A stretch of DNA of 35,385 bases, from the NCBI GenBank assembly GCA_038154405.1, contig JAYPXF010000004.1:33575-68959 (forward strand), written 5' to 3'. The first letter of the stretch is position 1. Each line of letters begins with the position of its first letter. This stretch comes from Verrucomicrobiales bacterium. GTDB lineage: Bacteria; Verrucomicrobiota; Verrucomicrobiia; Limisphaerales; JAYPXF01. This document shows, one piece after another, positions 25,662 through 34,324 of this stretch. The notes below the pieces were generated by a model. It saw nothing but the letters and a program-made list of their open reading frames with translations, had not been told where the DNA came from and ran no database searches. Made by a program: the position numbers and the translations under genes.

Positions 25662-26990
25662 CTATTTCGACCAAATCCAACTCATCAGCTTGAGCATCGA
25701 CGGGGATTGCCCCTGCGCGAGAATCCCCACCCGGAATATCTTCGAGGCCGCCCAGATACAGAAGAGCATGAAACCGCCGGTCAACACCATCGCCAGCAGC
25801 AGTTCCCACATGGCCGGACCGGCCGGACTCGCCAACCGGATCATCATCAACACCGGCGTGAAAGGCGGAATCAGCGACATCACCTGGCTGAACGGCGAAT
25901 TGGGCGCCTGCATGATCGCCACCCACACAAACATCGGCGCCATCGCCAGCAACATCACGGGCGTCATCAGGCTCTGCGCGTCCCGGATCTCGTTGCAGGC
26001 CGAACCAATGGCCAGGAACATCGATCCGAAGATGAATGCCGCCATGACCTGGAACAGGAAGAACCAGCCGACCATGTCCATTGGCACCAGATGCAGGTAA
26101 TCGAGCTGATGCAGACTCGCCACGATGGACAGAATGTAGAGACTTGAAAGCGTCAGTGAAACCAACACGCAACCCAACAGTTTGCCGAACATGAGCTGGA
26201 AGGGAGTCACCGACGAAATCAGCACCTCCGAAACCTTGTTCATCTTCTCCTCCAACACCGTGTTCATCAACATTGGAGCAGTGGTCATGACCGTGACAAA
26301 CATCACCAGCATCGTCACCAAGGGCACCGCCATGGTCTTCAACGGATTCTCTTTCTTGGCCTTCTGAATCTTGCCGGACTTTGTCTTCTTGGCCAGGCCG
26401 CGTCGATCAAACTTGGCTCGCTGACTCAGTTTGCCGATCAGCGCACCGTCGATTCCTGCCTCCTTCAGGCGCACGCTACGAAGCTGATTATTGATCGTCT
26501 GCTCCAACCAACGTGGCAGGGACATAAAAGTCGGCGTCTGGGTGAAATAGGCGACGCCACGCTCTTCCTTGCCGCCCACGTCGAAGACGTTCATCTCAAT
26601 GATCACAAACGCAAACAGTTCCTTGCGGCGCACCTTTCCGGACAATTCCAGCTCCAACTCTTCGCGCGACTTGCCGTCGCTTTCGTAAGCGATCGGATCA
26701 AACTCCGGTTGCTTCGGCGCCATGGCTTTCACCGCATCCGGCTGATCCTCGACCTTCTTGAGCCCCGCGTTGCGGGCATCCGATGACCGTTTGATGGCGT
26801 CGAACAACCGACCGGACTCATCGACCACCGCAATTCTTCTCGGCGTCATGTCAATCTTCTTGCCGGCAAACACCTGCAGGAAGATCGAAAGCGCCATGAT
26901 CAGGGGCATCATCAGGATGCTAATGATGAAGGCCTTGCTGCGAACGGAGTTCAGATACTCCGCACCCGCCACGCGACGAATCTTATCCAT
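25662..26990 (-). CDS. ABC-2 type exporter permease (NatB/YhaP-like)
   Basis: N-terminal TM, large extracytoplasmic loop, LEEKMNKVSEVLISS, GKLLG, SLIPPFTPVLMMIRL and KIFRVGIL. Confidence 0.9.
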   Translation of the reverse strand: MDKIRRVAGAEYLNSVRSKAFIISILMMPLIMALSIFLQVFAGKKIDMTPRRIAVVDESGRLFDAIKRSSDARNAGLKKVEDQPDAVKAMAPKQPEFDPIAYESDGKSREELELELSGKVRRKELFAFVIIEMNVFDVGGKEERGVAYFTQTPTFMSLPRWLEQTINNQLRSVRLKEAGIDGALIGKLSQRAKFDRRGLAKKTKSGKIQKAKKENPLKTMAVPLVTMLVMFVTVMTTAPMLMNTVLEEKMNKVSEVLISSVTPFQLMFGKLLGCVLVSLTLSSLYILSIVASLHQLDYLHLVPMDMVGWFFLFQVMAAFIFGSMFLAIGSACNEIRDAQSLMTPVMLLAMAPMFVWVAIMQAPNSPFSQVMSLIPPFTPVLMMIRLASPAGPAMWELLLAMVLTGGFMLFCIWAASKIFRVGILAQGQSPSMLKLMSWIWSK

Positions 26991-27945
26991 TGGCCATCTC
27001 CTCCGCGGTCGGTCCCGCTATGCGAACGAAAATGTCGTGCAGTGACGGCTTGGCGATCTCGAAGTGGCGCACCTTGGTCCGCTCCAGCAGCTCCTTTAAC
27101 AACCCCTGTGAGTCGCCGGTATATCGAACCTCCAGATACCGGCCGAGATCGCGCACATGCTCGACACCATCCAGCGAATTGACAAAGCCCAGATCGCCAT
27201 CCGCCCTGATGTGATAGATGTTCGCTCCGTAAGCCGCCTGAATCTCACCCAGTTCTCCATCAAGCACCTTGCGGCCCTGGTAGATCATGAAGATGCGGTC
27301 GCACATCTTCTCCGCCACATTCATGTCATGCGTCGAAAAGATGATCGTCGTTCCCTGCTTCTTCAGTTCGATGATCGCTTCCCGGATCACTTCCAGGTTC
27401 ACGGGATCCAAGCCGGAAAACGGCTCGTCCAAAATCAACAACTCCGGCTTCGCGAGAACGGATGAAATGAATTGGATCTTCTGCGCCATACCCTTGGACA
27501 AGGCCTCCACCTTCTTATCCGCCCAATCCTGCAGCCCCATCCGCTCGAGCCACGCGGCAATGGCGGCCTTGGCCGCCGCCCGCTTCATCCCCTTGAGCGC
27601 CGCGAAGTAATGCAACACGCGCCGCACGATCTGCTTGCGATAGAGACCTCGTTCCTCCGGCAGGTAACCGATGCGGTCATTGGCCGCGCGGGTGGACTGT
27701 TCGCCAAGCACCTCCACCTTGCCTTCGTCCGGATGAAAGATGTGCAGGATCATCCGAATGGTCGTCGTCTTGCCCGATCCGTTCGGCCCAATGAATCCGT
27801 AGATCGAACCACGCGGCACCTCGAGGGACAGGTCCTCCACCGCCCGATGATTCGCAAAGGATTTGCCAACTCCGCTCAACCGCACTGCGACACCTGATTG
27901 CGTGGTATCACCGTCGGCAGGAAGGTTTGGAGGAAGGGCGCCCAT
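26983..27945 (-). CDS. ABC-2 exporter ATP-binding protein (NatA/YhaQ-like)
   Basis: GPNGSGKTT, GYLPEERGLY, LSKGMAQK, ILDEPFSGLDP and C-terminal PSLHDIF. The start is uncertain (ATG 27945 chosen). Confidence 0.92.
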   Translation of the reverse strand: MGALPPNLPADGDTTQSGVAVRLSGVGKSFANHRAVEDLSLEVPRGSIYGFIGPNGSGKTTTIRMILHIFHPDEGKVEVLGEQSTRAANDRIGYLPEERGLYRKQIVRRVLHYFAALKGMKRAAAKAAIAAWLERMGLQDWADKKVEALSKGMAQKIQFISSVLAKPELLILDEPFSGLDPVNLEVIREAIIELKKQGTTIIFSTHDMNVAEKMCDRIFMIYQGRKVLDGELGEIQAAYGANIYHIRADGDLGFVNSLDGVEHVRDLGRYLEVRYTGDSQGLLKELLERTKVRHFEIAKPSLHDIFVRIAGPTAEEMANG

Positions 27946-27986
27946 CGGAAGACGGAAGAATTCCTCCTGTCCCATTTTTTGCAAAC

Positions 27987-28017
27987 CCATTCTCCAGCGC
28001 ATCGTGCTGGAGAATGG
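27987..28017. other. Perfect 12-bp inverted repeat (hairpin) in a divergent intergenic region
   Basis: CCATTCTCCAGC-gcatcgt-GCTGGAGAATGG. Function unknown. Confidence 0.6.
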
Positions 28018-28225
28018 AGGGCATCATCGGTTCCCGCTGATCGAATTGCTTGATCTGCAACCATTCCGACGGAACTGTGTTGTTTCCTCATCGCCGACAT
28101 GAAGTTGTACTAGGCAGCCAACCGCGAGCACGTTGAACGGCTCGTCGGACTCAATTGGAGCTTTGCTTCATGCAGTCCCGACGCATCATCCGGTTGTGCG
28201 CGCGTTCACACAACGGATCAGAAAG

Positions 28226-28960
28226 ATGTGGGAGTGGCTGCCCCGTTGGATTCGTGTGATCGTGAATACACTGGGGTGTCTCATCGGTGCGGTCGTCATT
28301 CCTGCAACCGCGTATCTTCTGATGTCGGTGATCCTGAGTTCCGTCATCGTGAACGCGGATCGCGAGGAAGTGACGGAAGGTGTGATCATCTACGTCAACC
28401 CGAGCCAGGGGATCCACACGGATCTGATGGTTCCCAAGCAGACTGACGCGATCTACTGGTATCCATGGTTTCCGCATCGGCATTTCGAACGTTACATCCC
28501 GAACGACTACGTCCGACTGGGTTGGGGCGATCGTGCCATCTACGAGAAGGTGTTGTATTGGTCAAACCTCACAGCCCGCATCGCCTTTGACGCCACGCTG
28601 CTCAATACCCCTTCCCTCATGCACGTGATGTATTGGCAACGCCCACGGCTGACCAACGGCATCACCGAAGTGACATTGACCGATGGCGAGTATCGGAAGC
28701 TGGCGGAATTCGTGAAGGCCGGCTTTCAGATGGGAGACAATCAACGTCCGATCCTGGTGACGAACGTGACCCATCACGGCTGGGACGCGTTCTACGAAGC
28801 CCACGATTCCTACAATCTGATCTCCACGTGCAACGAATGGGCGGGACGCGCCCTGCGGGAAAGCGGAATCCCCGTGGGGCTGTGGACACCGTTCGCCGGC
28901 CAGGTGGCCAAGCATCTGAAGAATCCCCCGGTGGAAGAACGCCCGGCTGTCGTGCCCTGA
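28226..28960 (+). CDS. DUF2459/TIGR02117-like membrane-anchored protein
   Basis: The likely start is ATG 28226. N-terminal TM, then IHTDLMVP, LGWGDR, SLMHV, FYEA, YNLISTCNEW and GLWTPF motifs. Confidence 0.8.
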   Translation: MWEWLPRWIRVIVNTLGCLIGAVVIPATAYLLMSVILSSVIVNADREEVTEGVIIYVNPSQGIHTDLMVPKQTDAIYWYPWFPHRHFERYIPNDYVRLGWGDRAIYEKVLYWSNLTARIAFDATLLNTPSLMHVMYWQRPRLTNGITEVTLTDGEYRKLAEFVKAGFQMGDNQRPILVTNVTHHGWDAFYEAHDSYNLISTCNEWAGRALRESGIPVGLWTPFAGQVAKHLKNPPVEERPAVVP

Positions 28961-28969
28961 CAGTTGCAG

Positions 28970-29467
28970 CTAGCAACTGGTGGCCACGCCGCCAAGAATC
29001 TTCACACAATGTGGGATGGCGCCTTCCACGAAGCTCAGGCACTCCACGGCGCCCTTGGGTTTGCCGGGAAGGGCAACAACCAGAGCGCTGCCTACCGATG
29101 CGGCCAGGTTGCGGGAAAGAATGGCGTTCTTGGTGATCTTCATCGACTCGATCCGCATGACTTCACCGAAGCCGGGGAGTTCGCGATCGGCAATCTCGCG
29201 AATGGCTTCGGGGGTGACATCGCGGGGGGCCACGCCCGTTCCACCGGTGGTCAACACGAGGCCACATTCCTTGGCGATGCATTCGCGGATCGCGCGTTGA
29301 ATCTGGGGCTTGTGGTCGGCCACGATGGTTTCGGACACCACCGTCCAACCGTAGCCTTCGGCCGCCTTGCGGACTTCGGGGCCGCCGAGATCTTCGTATT
29401 CACCTTCAGCGGCACGGTCGGAAACCGTGATGACGCCGACCTTTATCTGCATGGGTTCTTCAGCCAT
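28970..29467 (-). CDS. mogA: Molybdopterin adenylyltransferase (MogA/MoaB family)
   Basis: GVITVSDR, EDLGGP, TTGGTGVAPRDVTPEA, LPGFGEVMR, AILSR and LPGKPK. Overlaps moaC. Confidence 0.88.
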   Translation of the reverse strand: MAEEPMQIKVGVITVSDRAAEGEYEDLGGPEVRKAAEGYGWTVVSETIVADHKPQIQRAIRECIAKECGLVLTTGGTGVAPRDVTPEAIREIADRELPGFGEVMRIESMKITKNAILSRNLAASVGSALVVALPGKPKGAVECLSFVEGAIPHCVKILGGVATSC

Positions 29468-29930
29468 CTGCTTCGAGGGTCTTCTTGGTTTTGGAAACGA
29501 GTCCGATTTCGCCGATGACCATCGCCTTGTCGACCGCCTTGCACATGTCGTAGACGGTGAGGGCCGCGATGGATACAGCCGTCAGCGCCTCCATTTCGAC
29601 ACCGGTGCGGGCGGCGGTCTTCGCGGAGGCGGTGATGTTGATCCGGTCATTGGAATCCGGAATCTCAAAATTCACTTCGGCGTGGTCCAACGGCAACGGA
29701 TGGCACAAGGGGATCATTTCCCCGGTCTTTTTTGCGGCCATGATTCCTGCCAGCCGCGCGGTCGCCAACACGTCCCCTTTGGCAATGCCGTCACCCTGGA
29801 TCAACCCGATGGTGTTGGATGCCAGCGAAATGCTTCCGGCGGCGACCGCTTCGCGCAGCACGATCGGTTTGGCGGACACGTCGACCATGCTGGCCTCGCC
29901 CTTTTCGTTGATATGTGAAAGTTCGCTCAT
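29460..29930 (-). CDS. moaC: Cyclic pyranopterin monophosphate synthase MoaC
   Basis: LSH...MVDVSAK, KGDVL, AGIMAAKKT, IPLCHP, TGVEMEAL and YDMCKAVD. Confidence 0.97.
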   Translation of the reverse strand: MSELSHINEKGEASMVDVSAKPIVLREAVAAGSISLASNTIGLIQGDGIAKGDVLATARLAGIMAAKKTGEMIPLCHPLPLDHAEVNFEIPDSNDRINITASAKTAARTGVEMEALTAVSIAALTVYDMCKAVDKAMVIGEIGLVSKTKKTLEADG

Positions 29931-29931
29931 T

Positions 29932-30690
29932 TCAGCGGATGGATTCGACCCACTCGCCGACGATCTCCTTCATCCGACTCTTCAGGTCGGGACGAATCTT
30001 CACGTGCCGGGGAATGTAATCCGGAGAAGTACCGAAGAGGTCGGTCGTCACGAGAATCTGACTGTCACAATGCGGACCGGCACCGATGCCGATGGTGGGA
30101 ATGGAAACAGACTTGGTGATCTCCGCCGCCAGGCTCGGCTCGACCAATTCGAGCACCATGGCAATGGCCCCAGCCTCCTCCAACGCCTTGGCGTCGGCCA
30201 GCAACGCCTCCCGTTCGCGAGGCACCTTGCCCTTCACCTTGTAGCCGCCCTCTTCCTTCACGTGCTGCGGCAGCATTCCAAGATGTCCGATGAAGGTGAT
30301 GCCGGCGTCGGTGATGGCGCCAATCTGTTCGATGATCTCCCGACCACCCTCGCCCTTGACCGCTTCCGCACCGGCGTCGAGGAGTCTTTTCGCAGTAGCG
30401 AGTGCGGAGGATTCATTCTCGTATGACCGGGCAGGCATGTCCGCAGCCAACAATCCCTTGGGCTTCGCCCGGGCAACCGCACGAACGTGATGCTCCATTT
30501 CATCGACAGTCAATTCAGTGGTATCGGGATAGCCCAGCACCACCATTGCGAGCGAATCGCCGACGAGCACCAAGGGAACGTCCGCCTCATCCAGCAACCG
30601 CGCCATCGCGAAATCATACGCCGTAAGCGAGGGAAATCTCTTTCCCTTCAGACGTTTTATACATTCCGCGGTGACTTTCCCGTCCAACAC
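29932..30690 (-). CDS. panB: 3-methyl-2-oxobutanoate hydroxymethyltransferase
   Basis: LTAYD, LVGDSL, ADMP, AVKGEGG, GHLGMLPQ and IPTIGIGAG. The start is probably GTG 30690 or TTG 30687; the longer ORF-track N-terminus runs into a repeat. Confidence 0.95.
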   Translation of the reverse strand: MLDGKVTAECIKRLKGKRFPSLTAYDFAMARLLDEADVPLVLVGDSLAMVVLGYPDTTELTVDEMEHHVRAVARAKPKGLLAADMPARSYENESSALATAKRLLDAGAEAVKGEGGREIIEQIGAITDAGITFIGHLGMLPQHVKEEGGYKVKGKVPREREALLADAKALEEAGAIAMVLELVEPSLAAEITKSVSIPTIGIGAGPHCDSQILVTTDLFGTSPDYIPRHVKIRPDLKSRMKEIVGEWVESIR

Positions 30691-30750
30691 GGCGCAAACG
30701 TTGACCAAGGACGAATTTCGCCGCAAGGGGAAATGCTGGAAGCTCCAAAG

Positions 30751-30823
30751 TAATCGGAGATCGGAAGTCAGCAATCAGTCGGTCCGGCGCCAGCCCTGAT
30801 CACTGATTGCCGACTACTGATCA
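30751..30823. repeat. Heptamer-repeat palindrome, copy 2
   Basis: Left arm TAATCGG AGATCGG AAGTCAG CAATCAG (30751-30778), 17-nt GC-rich spacer, right arm CTGATCA CTGATTG CCGACTA CTGATCA (30796-30823). Confidence 0.7.
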
Positions 30824-30883
30824 CTCGGAACCGGCCACAGCAATTGCAGCTTGGAGTTTTCGCCCACCCTGCTTTGTGTTTAA

Positions 30884-31627
30884 GTGCGGCCCGTGTCCGA
30901 TTCGTTGGTCGTCAATGAAGTCTATGTTTCCGTGCAGGGCGAAAGCACCTGGGCGGGATTGCCATGCATTTTCGTCCGGCTGACCGCGTGCAACCTGCGC
31001 TGTTCGTATTGCGACACGGCCTACGCGTTCACCGAGGGAAATCGAAGTCCGGTTGCTGACGTTCTACGGCGGGTGGATGAACTGGCGGCGCCGTTCACAA
31101 ACAACGGTCCTTCCCAACGATTGCCGCTGGTTGAATTGACCGGAGGTGAACCGTTGCTCCAGAAGGCCGCCGTACCACTGCTGAAATCGTTGTGCGACAA
31201 GGGCTACACCGTGCTCTTGGAAACGAGCGGCGCGCATGACGTCTCCAAGGTCGACGCCCGCGTACATCGCATCATGGATCTCAAGTGCCCGAGCAGTGGC
31301 GAGGTGGAGAGCAACCGTTGGGAGAATCTGAATCACCTGTCCGATCGCGACGAAATCAAATTTGTGATCGGATCCGTCGAGGACTACGAGTGGCTGAAAG
31401 AGGCCATTCAGGAACACTCGCTGGCCAATCGCTGCCCCCTGCTCGTTTCTTGGGTTCATCCGCTCAATGACGAACAGAGAGACCCATCGCTCAAGCCGTT
31501 CCCGGCTGACCACACACCGATCAAACGTAAGGATCTGGTGGAGCGCATCACGGCCGATGCCCTTCCCGTGAGATTCCAAGTGCAGATGCACAAGATGATC
31601 TGGCCTCCGGAGGAACGTGGAGTCTGA
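30884..31627 (+). CDS. queE: 7-carboxy-7-deazaguanine synthase (radical SAM, QueE family)
   Basis: EVYVSVQGES, FVRLTACNLRCSYCDT (CxxxCxxC), ELTGGEPLLQ, LETSG, MDLKCPSSG and QVQMHKMIW. The GTG start could be 30884 or 30893. Confidence 0.88.
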   Translation: MRPVSDSLVVNEVYVSVQGESTWAGLPCIFVRLTACNLRCSYCDTAYAFTEGNRSPVADVLRRVDELAAPFTNNGPSQRLPLVELTGGEPLLQKAAVPLLKSLCDKGYTVLLETSGAHDVSKVDARVHRIMDLKCPSSGEVESNRWENLNHLSDRDEIKFVIGSVEDYEWLKEAIQEHSLANRCPLLVSWVHPLNDEQRDPSLKPFPADHTPIKRKDLVERITADALPVRFQVQMHKMIWPPEERGV

Positions 31628-31635
31628 AATCCGTT

Positions 31636-32934
31636 GTGCCGACTGCAACCGACAAGACCATCGAGCTCCTCCGCAACTACGAATCGCGGAACATCCTGTT
31701 CATGGATCCGGCTGGCGATTGGCCGATCGTGTGGGATCGCGCCAAGGGAGTTCACGTATGGGACATCGAGGGGAAGAAGTATCTGGATCTGACTGCGGCA
31801 TTCGGTGTGACCGCCGCCGGCCATGCCAATCCTCGGGTGGTTGAAGCCGGCCAACGCCAGATGGCAAAGCTGCTTCACGCCATGGGCGATGTTCATCCGC
31901 ATCCGCTGAAAGCGGAACTCACGAGAGAGCTGAGTCGATTGACCTTTGAGCGGTGGCAACGCAAGCGCGGCAAGACCATCTTCTGCAATTCCGGATTTGA
32001 AGCGGTGGAGGCCGCTTTGAAAACCGCTCGTCTGGCAACCGGCAAGACCGACGTCATCGCCTTTCGAGGCGCATACCACGGTCTCGGTTACGGCGCGTTA
32101 AACGCCACCCATCGCGAGATGTTCCGCCGTCCATTCGCAGACCAGCTGGGCGGGTTCGGGCATTGGGTTGAATTTCCCACCACAGCGGCTGCATTCAAAC
32201 GCGCGAGAACCTCAATTTTGTCGGCACTGAAGAAGAAGAAGATCGGGGCGATCTTGCTCGAGCCGATCCAAGGACGCGGTGGCATCAACCTCGCGCACAA
32301 CGATTTACTGCCTTGGCTGCGCCGGCTTTGCGATCGCAAACGCATCGTCTTGATTGCCGACGAGATCTATACCGGCTTTGGCCGGACCGGCAGGTGGTTT
32401 GCCTGCGAGCATTGGAAGACCGCTCCCGATCTCGTCTGCGTCGGCAAGGCCTTGACCGGCGGATTCCCGATGTCCGCCTGCGTCGGCCGGGCCGAATTGA
32501 TGGATTCCGCCTGGCCGGAATCGGACGGAGAAGCGATTCACACGAGCACGTTTCTGGGACACCCGATCGGCTGCGCGATGGCGTTGGCCAATCTGAAGGA
32601 AATCCGTTCCCGCAAACTCCCCCAAGCCGCCGCCAGATCCGGAAGATGGTTGCGGAAGCGGATGGGCGGAATGCAACTCCCATCCGGCTTTCAAGCCAAC
32701 GTTCGGGGACATGGATTGTTCGTCGGCATGGAACTGCTTCGCGACAACGGCGCCCCCGCAACCGAGGAATCGATCGACATCATGAAAGGCATGCTGAAAC
32801 GGGGATTCATCCTCCTGCCGGAAGGCGATGCCGGCAATGTGATCAGTTTCATTCCGCCACTCACGATCACGGAGCGGCAATTGGAATCCGCCTGCCGCGC
32901 CTTGCAGAGCGAACTGGATGCCTTGACGAAATGA
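31636..32934 (+). CDS. Class III PLP-dependent aminotransferase (GabT/ArgD-like), substrate uncertain
   Basis: WDIEGKKYLD, NSGFEAVEAALK, AYHG, EPIQGRGG, ADEIYTGFGRTG, PLP lysine in GKALTGG, and HTSTF. Confidence 0.9.
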   Translation: MPTATDKTIELLRNYESRNILFMDPAGDWPIVWDRAKGVHVWDIEGKKYLDLTAAFGVTAAGHANPRVVEAGQRQMAKLLHAMGDVHPHPLKAELTRELSRLTFERWQRKRGKTIFCNSGFEAVEAALKTARLATGKTDVIAFRGAYHGLGYGALNATHREMFRRPFADQLGGFGHWVEFPTTAAAFKRARTSILSALKKKKIGAILLEPIQGRGGINLAHNDLLPWLRRLCDRKRIVLIADEIYTGFGRTGRWFACEHWKTAPDLVCVGKALTGGFPMSACVGRAELMDSAWPESDGEAIHTSTFLGHPIGCAMALANLKEIRSRKLPQAAARSGRWLRKRMGGMQLPSGFQANVRGHGLFVGMELLRDNGAPATEESIDIMKGMLKRGFILLPEGDAGNVISFIPPLTITERQLESACRALQSELDALTK

Positions 32935-33752
32935 ACCTCAGCGAAATCCGCAAGATTCTTTCCGATCACGAGATCCAGCTCACGCGCTCTCTCGGGCAGA
33001 ACTTCATGCACGATCAGAACCAGATCGAGAAGATCGTGGAAGCGGGCGAGGTCTGTGCAGATGATGCGGTCGTGGAGATCGGACCGGGACTGGGACCATT
33101 GACCGAGAAACTGGTCGAGCGAGCCGGCAAGGTGATCGCCATCGAAACGGACAAGCGACTGCTCGAGCACCTGGAGAAACGGTTCGGCGCGTCCGACACC
33201 TTTCAGTTGATTCACGCCGATGCGCTGCAACTGATCCGGCGCGAAGCCAGCGATTGGAGCCAGTGGAAGCTCGTCTCCAATCTCCCGTATTCCGTCGCTT
33301 CTCCCATCCTGGTGGAACTGGCGAAGAAGCCCACCGGTCCAAAACTGATTTCCACGACCGTGCAACTGGAAGTCGGCCAACGACTGGTCTCACCACCCCG
33401 CAAGAAGGACTACGGGGTGTTGACCTTGTTGGTCCAATTGTCCTATGAGGCGAAACTGGAGTTTGTGATTCCCCGTGGCTGTTTCTTTCCGCCGCCGAAA
33501 ATCGAGTCAGCCTGCGTGACCTTGCGACGCCGTCAACCACTCTTACCGCAGGAACGGATGGCGACCTTCGAGAAGATTGTGAAACGCGGTTTCTCCCAGC
33601 GACGCAAGATGATGCTGAAACTGCTCAAGCAGGATTGGGATCCGGAGAAACTCGAGCAGGCCTATAAAGACGCGGACGTGGATGCGAAGGATCGGGCGGA
33701 AGCGGTCTCGCTGGAGCAGTTCGTGAACATGACCAACACCCTGAGCGAATAG
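32931..33752 (+). CDS. rsmA: 16S rRNA m6,2A dimethyltransferase RsmA/KsgA
   Basis: Start ATG 32931 (ATGA overlap with the aminotransferase stop). SLGQNF, VVEIGPGLGPLT, VSNLPY, FFPPPKIES and FSQRRKM. Confidence 0.95.
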   Translation: MNLSEIRKILSDHEIQLTRSLGQNFMHDQNQIEKIVEAGEVCADDAVVEIGPGLGPLTEKLVERAGKVIAIETDKRLLEHLEKRFGASDTFQLIHADALQLIRREASDWSQWKLVSNLPYSVASPILVELAKKPTGPKLISTTVQLEVGQRLVSPPRKKDYGVLTLLVQLSYEAKLEFVIPRGCFFPPPKIESACVTLRRRQPLLPQERMATFEKIVKRGFSQRRKMMLKLLKQDWDPEKLEQAYKDADVDAKDRAEAVSLEQFVNMTNTLSE

Positions 33753-33756
33753 GCGT

Positions 33757-34272
33757 ATGGCTGAAGAGATTTTTGATGTGGTGAATGAACGGGACGAGGT
33801 GGTCGACCAGAAGCCGCGGGCAGAAGTGCATCGCCTCGGATTGCTGCACCGCGCGGTCCACATCCTCGTGTTCAATTCCGCCGGCCAGGTGTTTCTGCAG
33901 AAGCGTTCAATGTCCAAGGACACTCATCCTGGCACTTGGGATTCATCCACCTCCGGTCACGTTGACAGTGGCGAAGATTACGACGAATCGGCCATGCGGG
34001 AACTGCAGGAGGAAATTGGATTGATCGTTGATTCGCCACCGGATCGACTGTTCAAGATCGATGCCTGCGAGCAAACCGATCAGGAGTTCGTCTGGATCTA
34101 CCGCACGGAGAGCGAGGGACCATTCGAATTGCATCCGGAAGAGATTGAAACGGGCGATTGGTTCGCCGCGAGCGAGGTGACGGAATGGATCGCCACCAGG
34201 CCCGATGATTTCGCTCCCGCACTTCGTCACCTGTGGGCACTAGCCAAAGCGCGTGGTTGCCTGCAAATGTAG
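33757..34272 (+). CDS. NUDIX hydrolase (type 1 IPP isomerase/YfcD-like)
   Basis: VHRLGLLHRAVHI, LQKRSMSKDTHPGTWD and the Nudix box GHVDSGEDYDESAMRELQEEIG. Confidence 0.88.
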   Translation: MAEEIFDVVNERDEVVDQKPRAEVHRLGLLHRAVHILVFNSAGQVFLQKRSMSKDTHPGTWDSSTSGHVDSGEDYDESAMRELQEEIGLIVDSPPDRLFKIDACEQTDQEFVWIYRTESEGPFELHPEEIETGDWFAASEVTEWIATRPDDFAPALRHLWALAKARGCLQM

Positions 34273-34324
34273 CTGCGCGCGTGAGCGAGCAGACAATCGC
34301 CGCACTCGGATTCCGATCGCGCCA

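Noticed and set aside
28018-28100. Minus-strand GGCGATGAGG...GATGATGCC resembling a fluoride riboswitch; nearby GCAAACC resembling a c-di-GMP-I riboswitch
   Set aside because: The required pairing partners (TCGCC for P1; the GNRA/receptor and second stem) are missing, and the gene context does not fit.
30824-30883. preQ1 riboswitch upstream of queE, or Moco riboswitch upstream of panB-moaC-mogA
   Set aside because: No recognisable preQ1 stem-loop with an A-rich tail, and no Moco consensus was seen.
32313-32930. Apparent 200-aa N-terminal extension of RsmA; similar extensions on the AKR, PAS, methyltransferase, DUF885 and panB ORFs
   Set aside because: These are ORF-caller artefacts overlapping upstream genes or repeats. 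Family homology starts at the downstream start codons given in the features.
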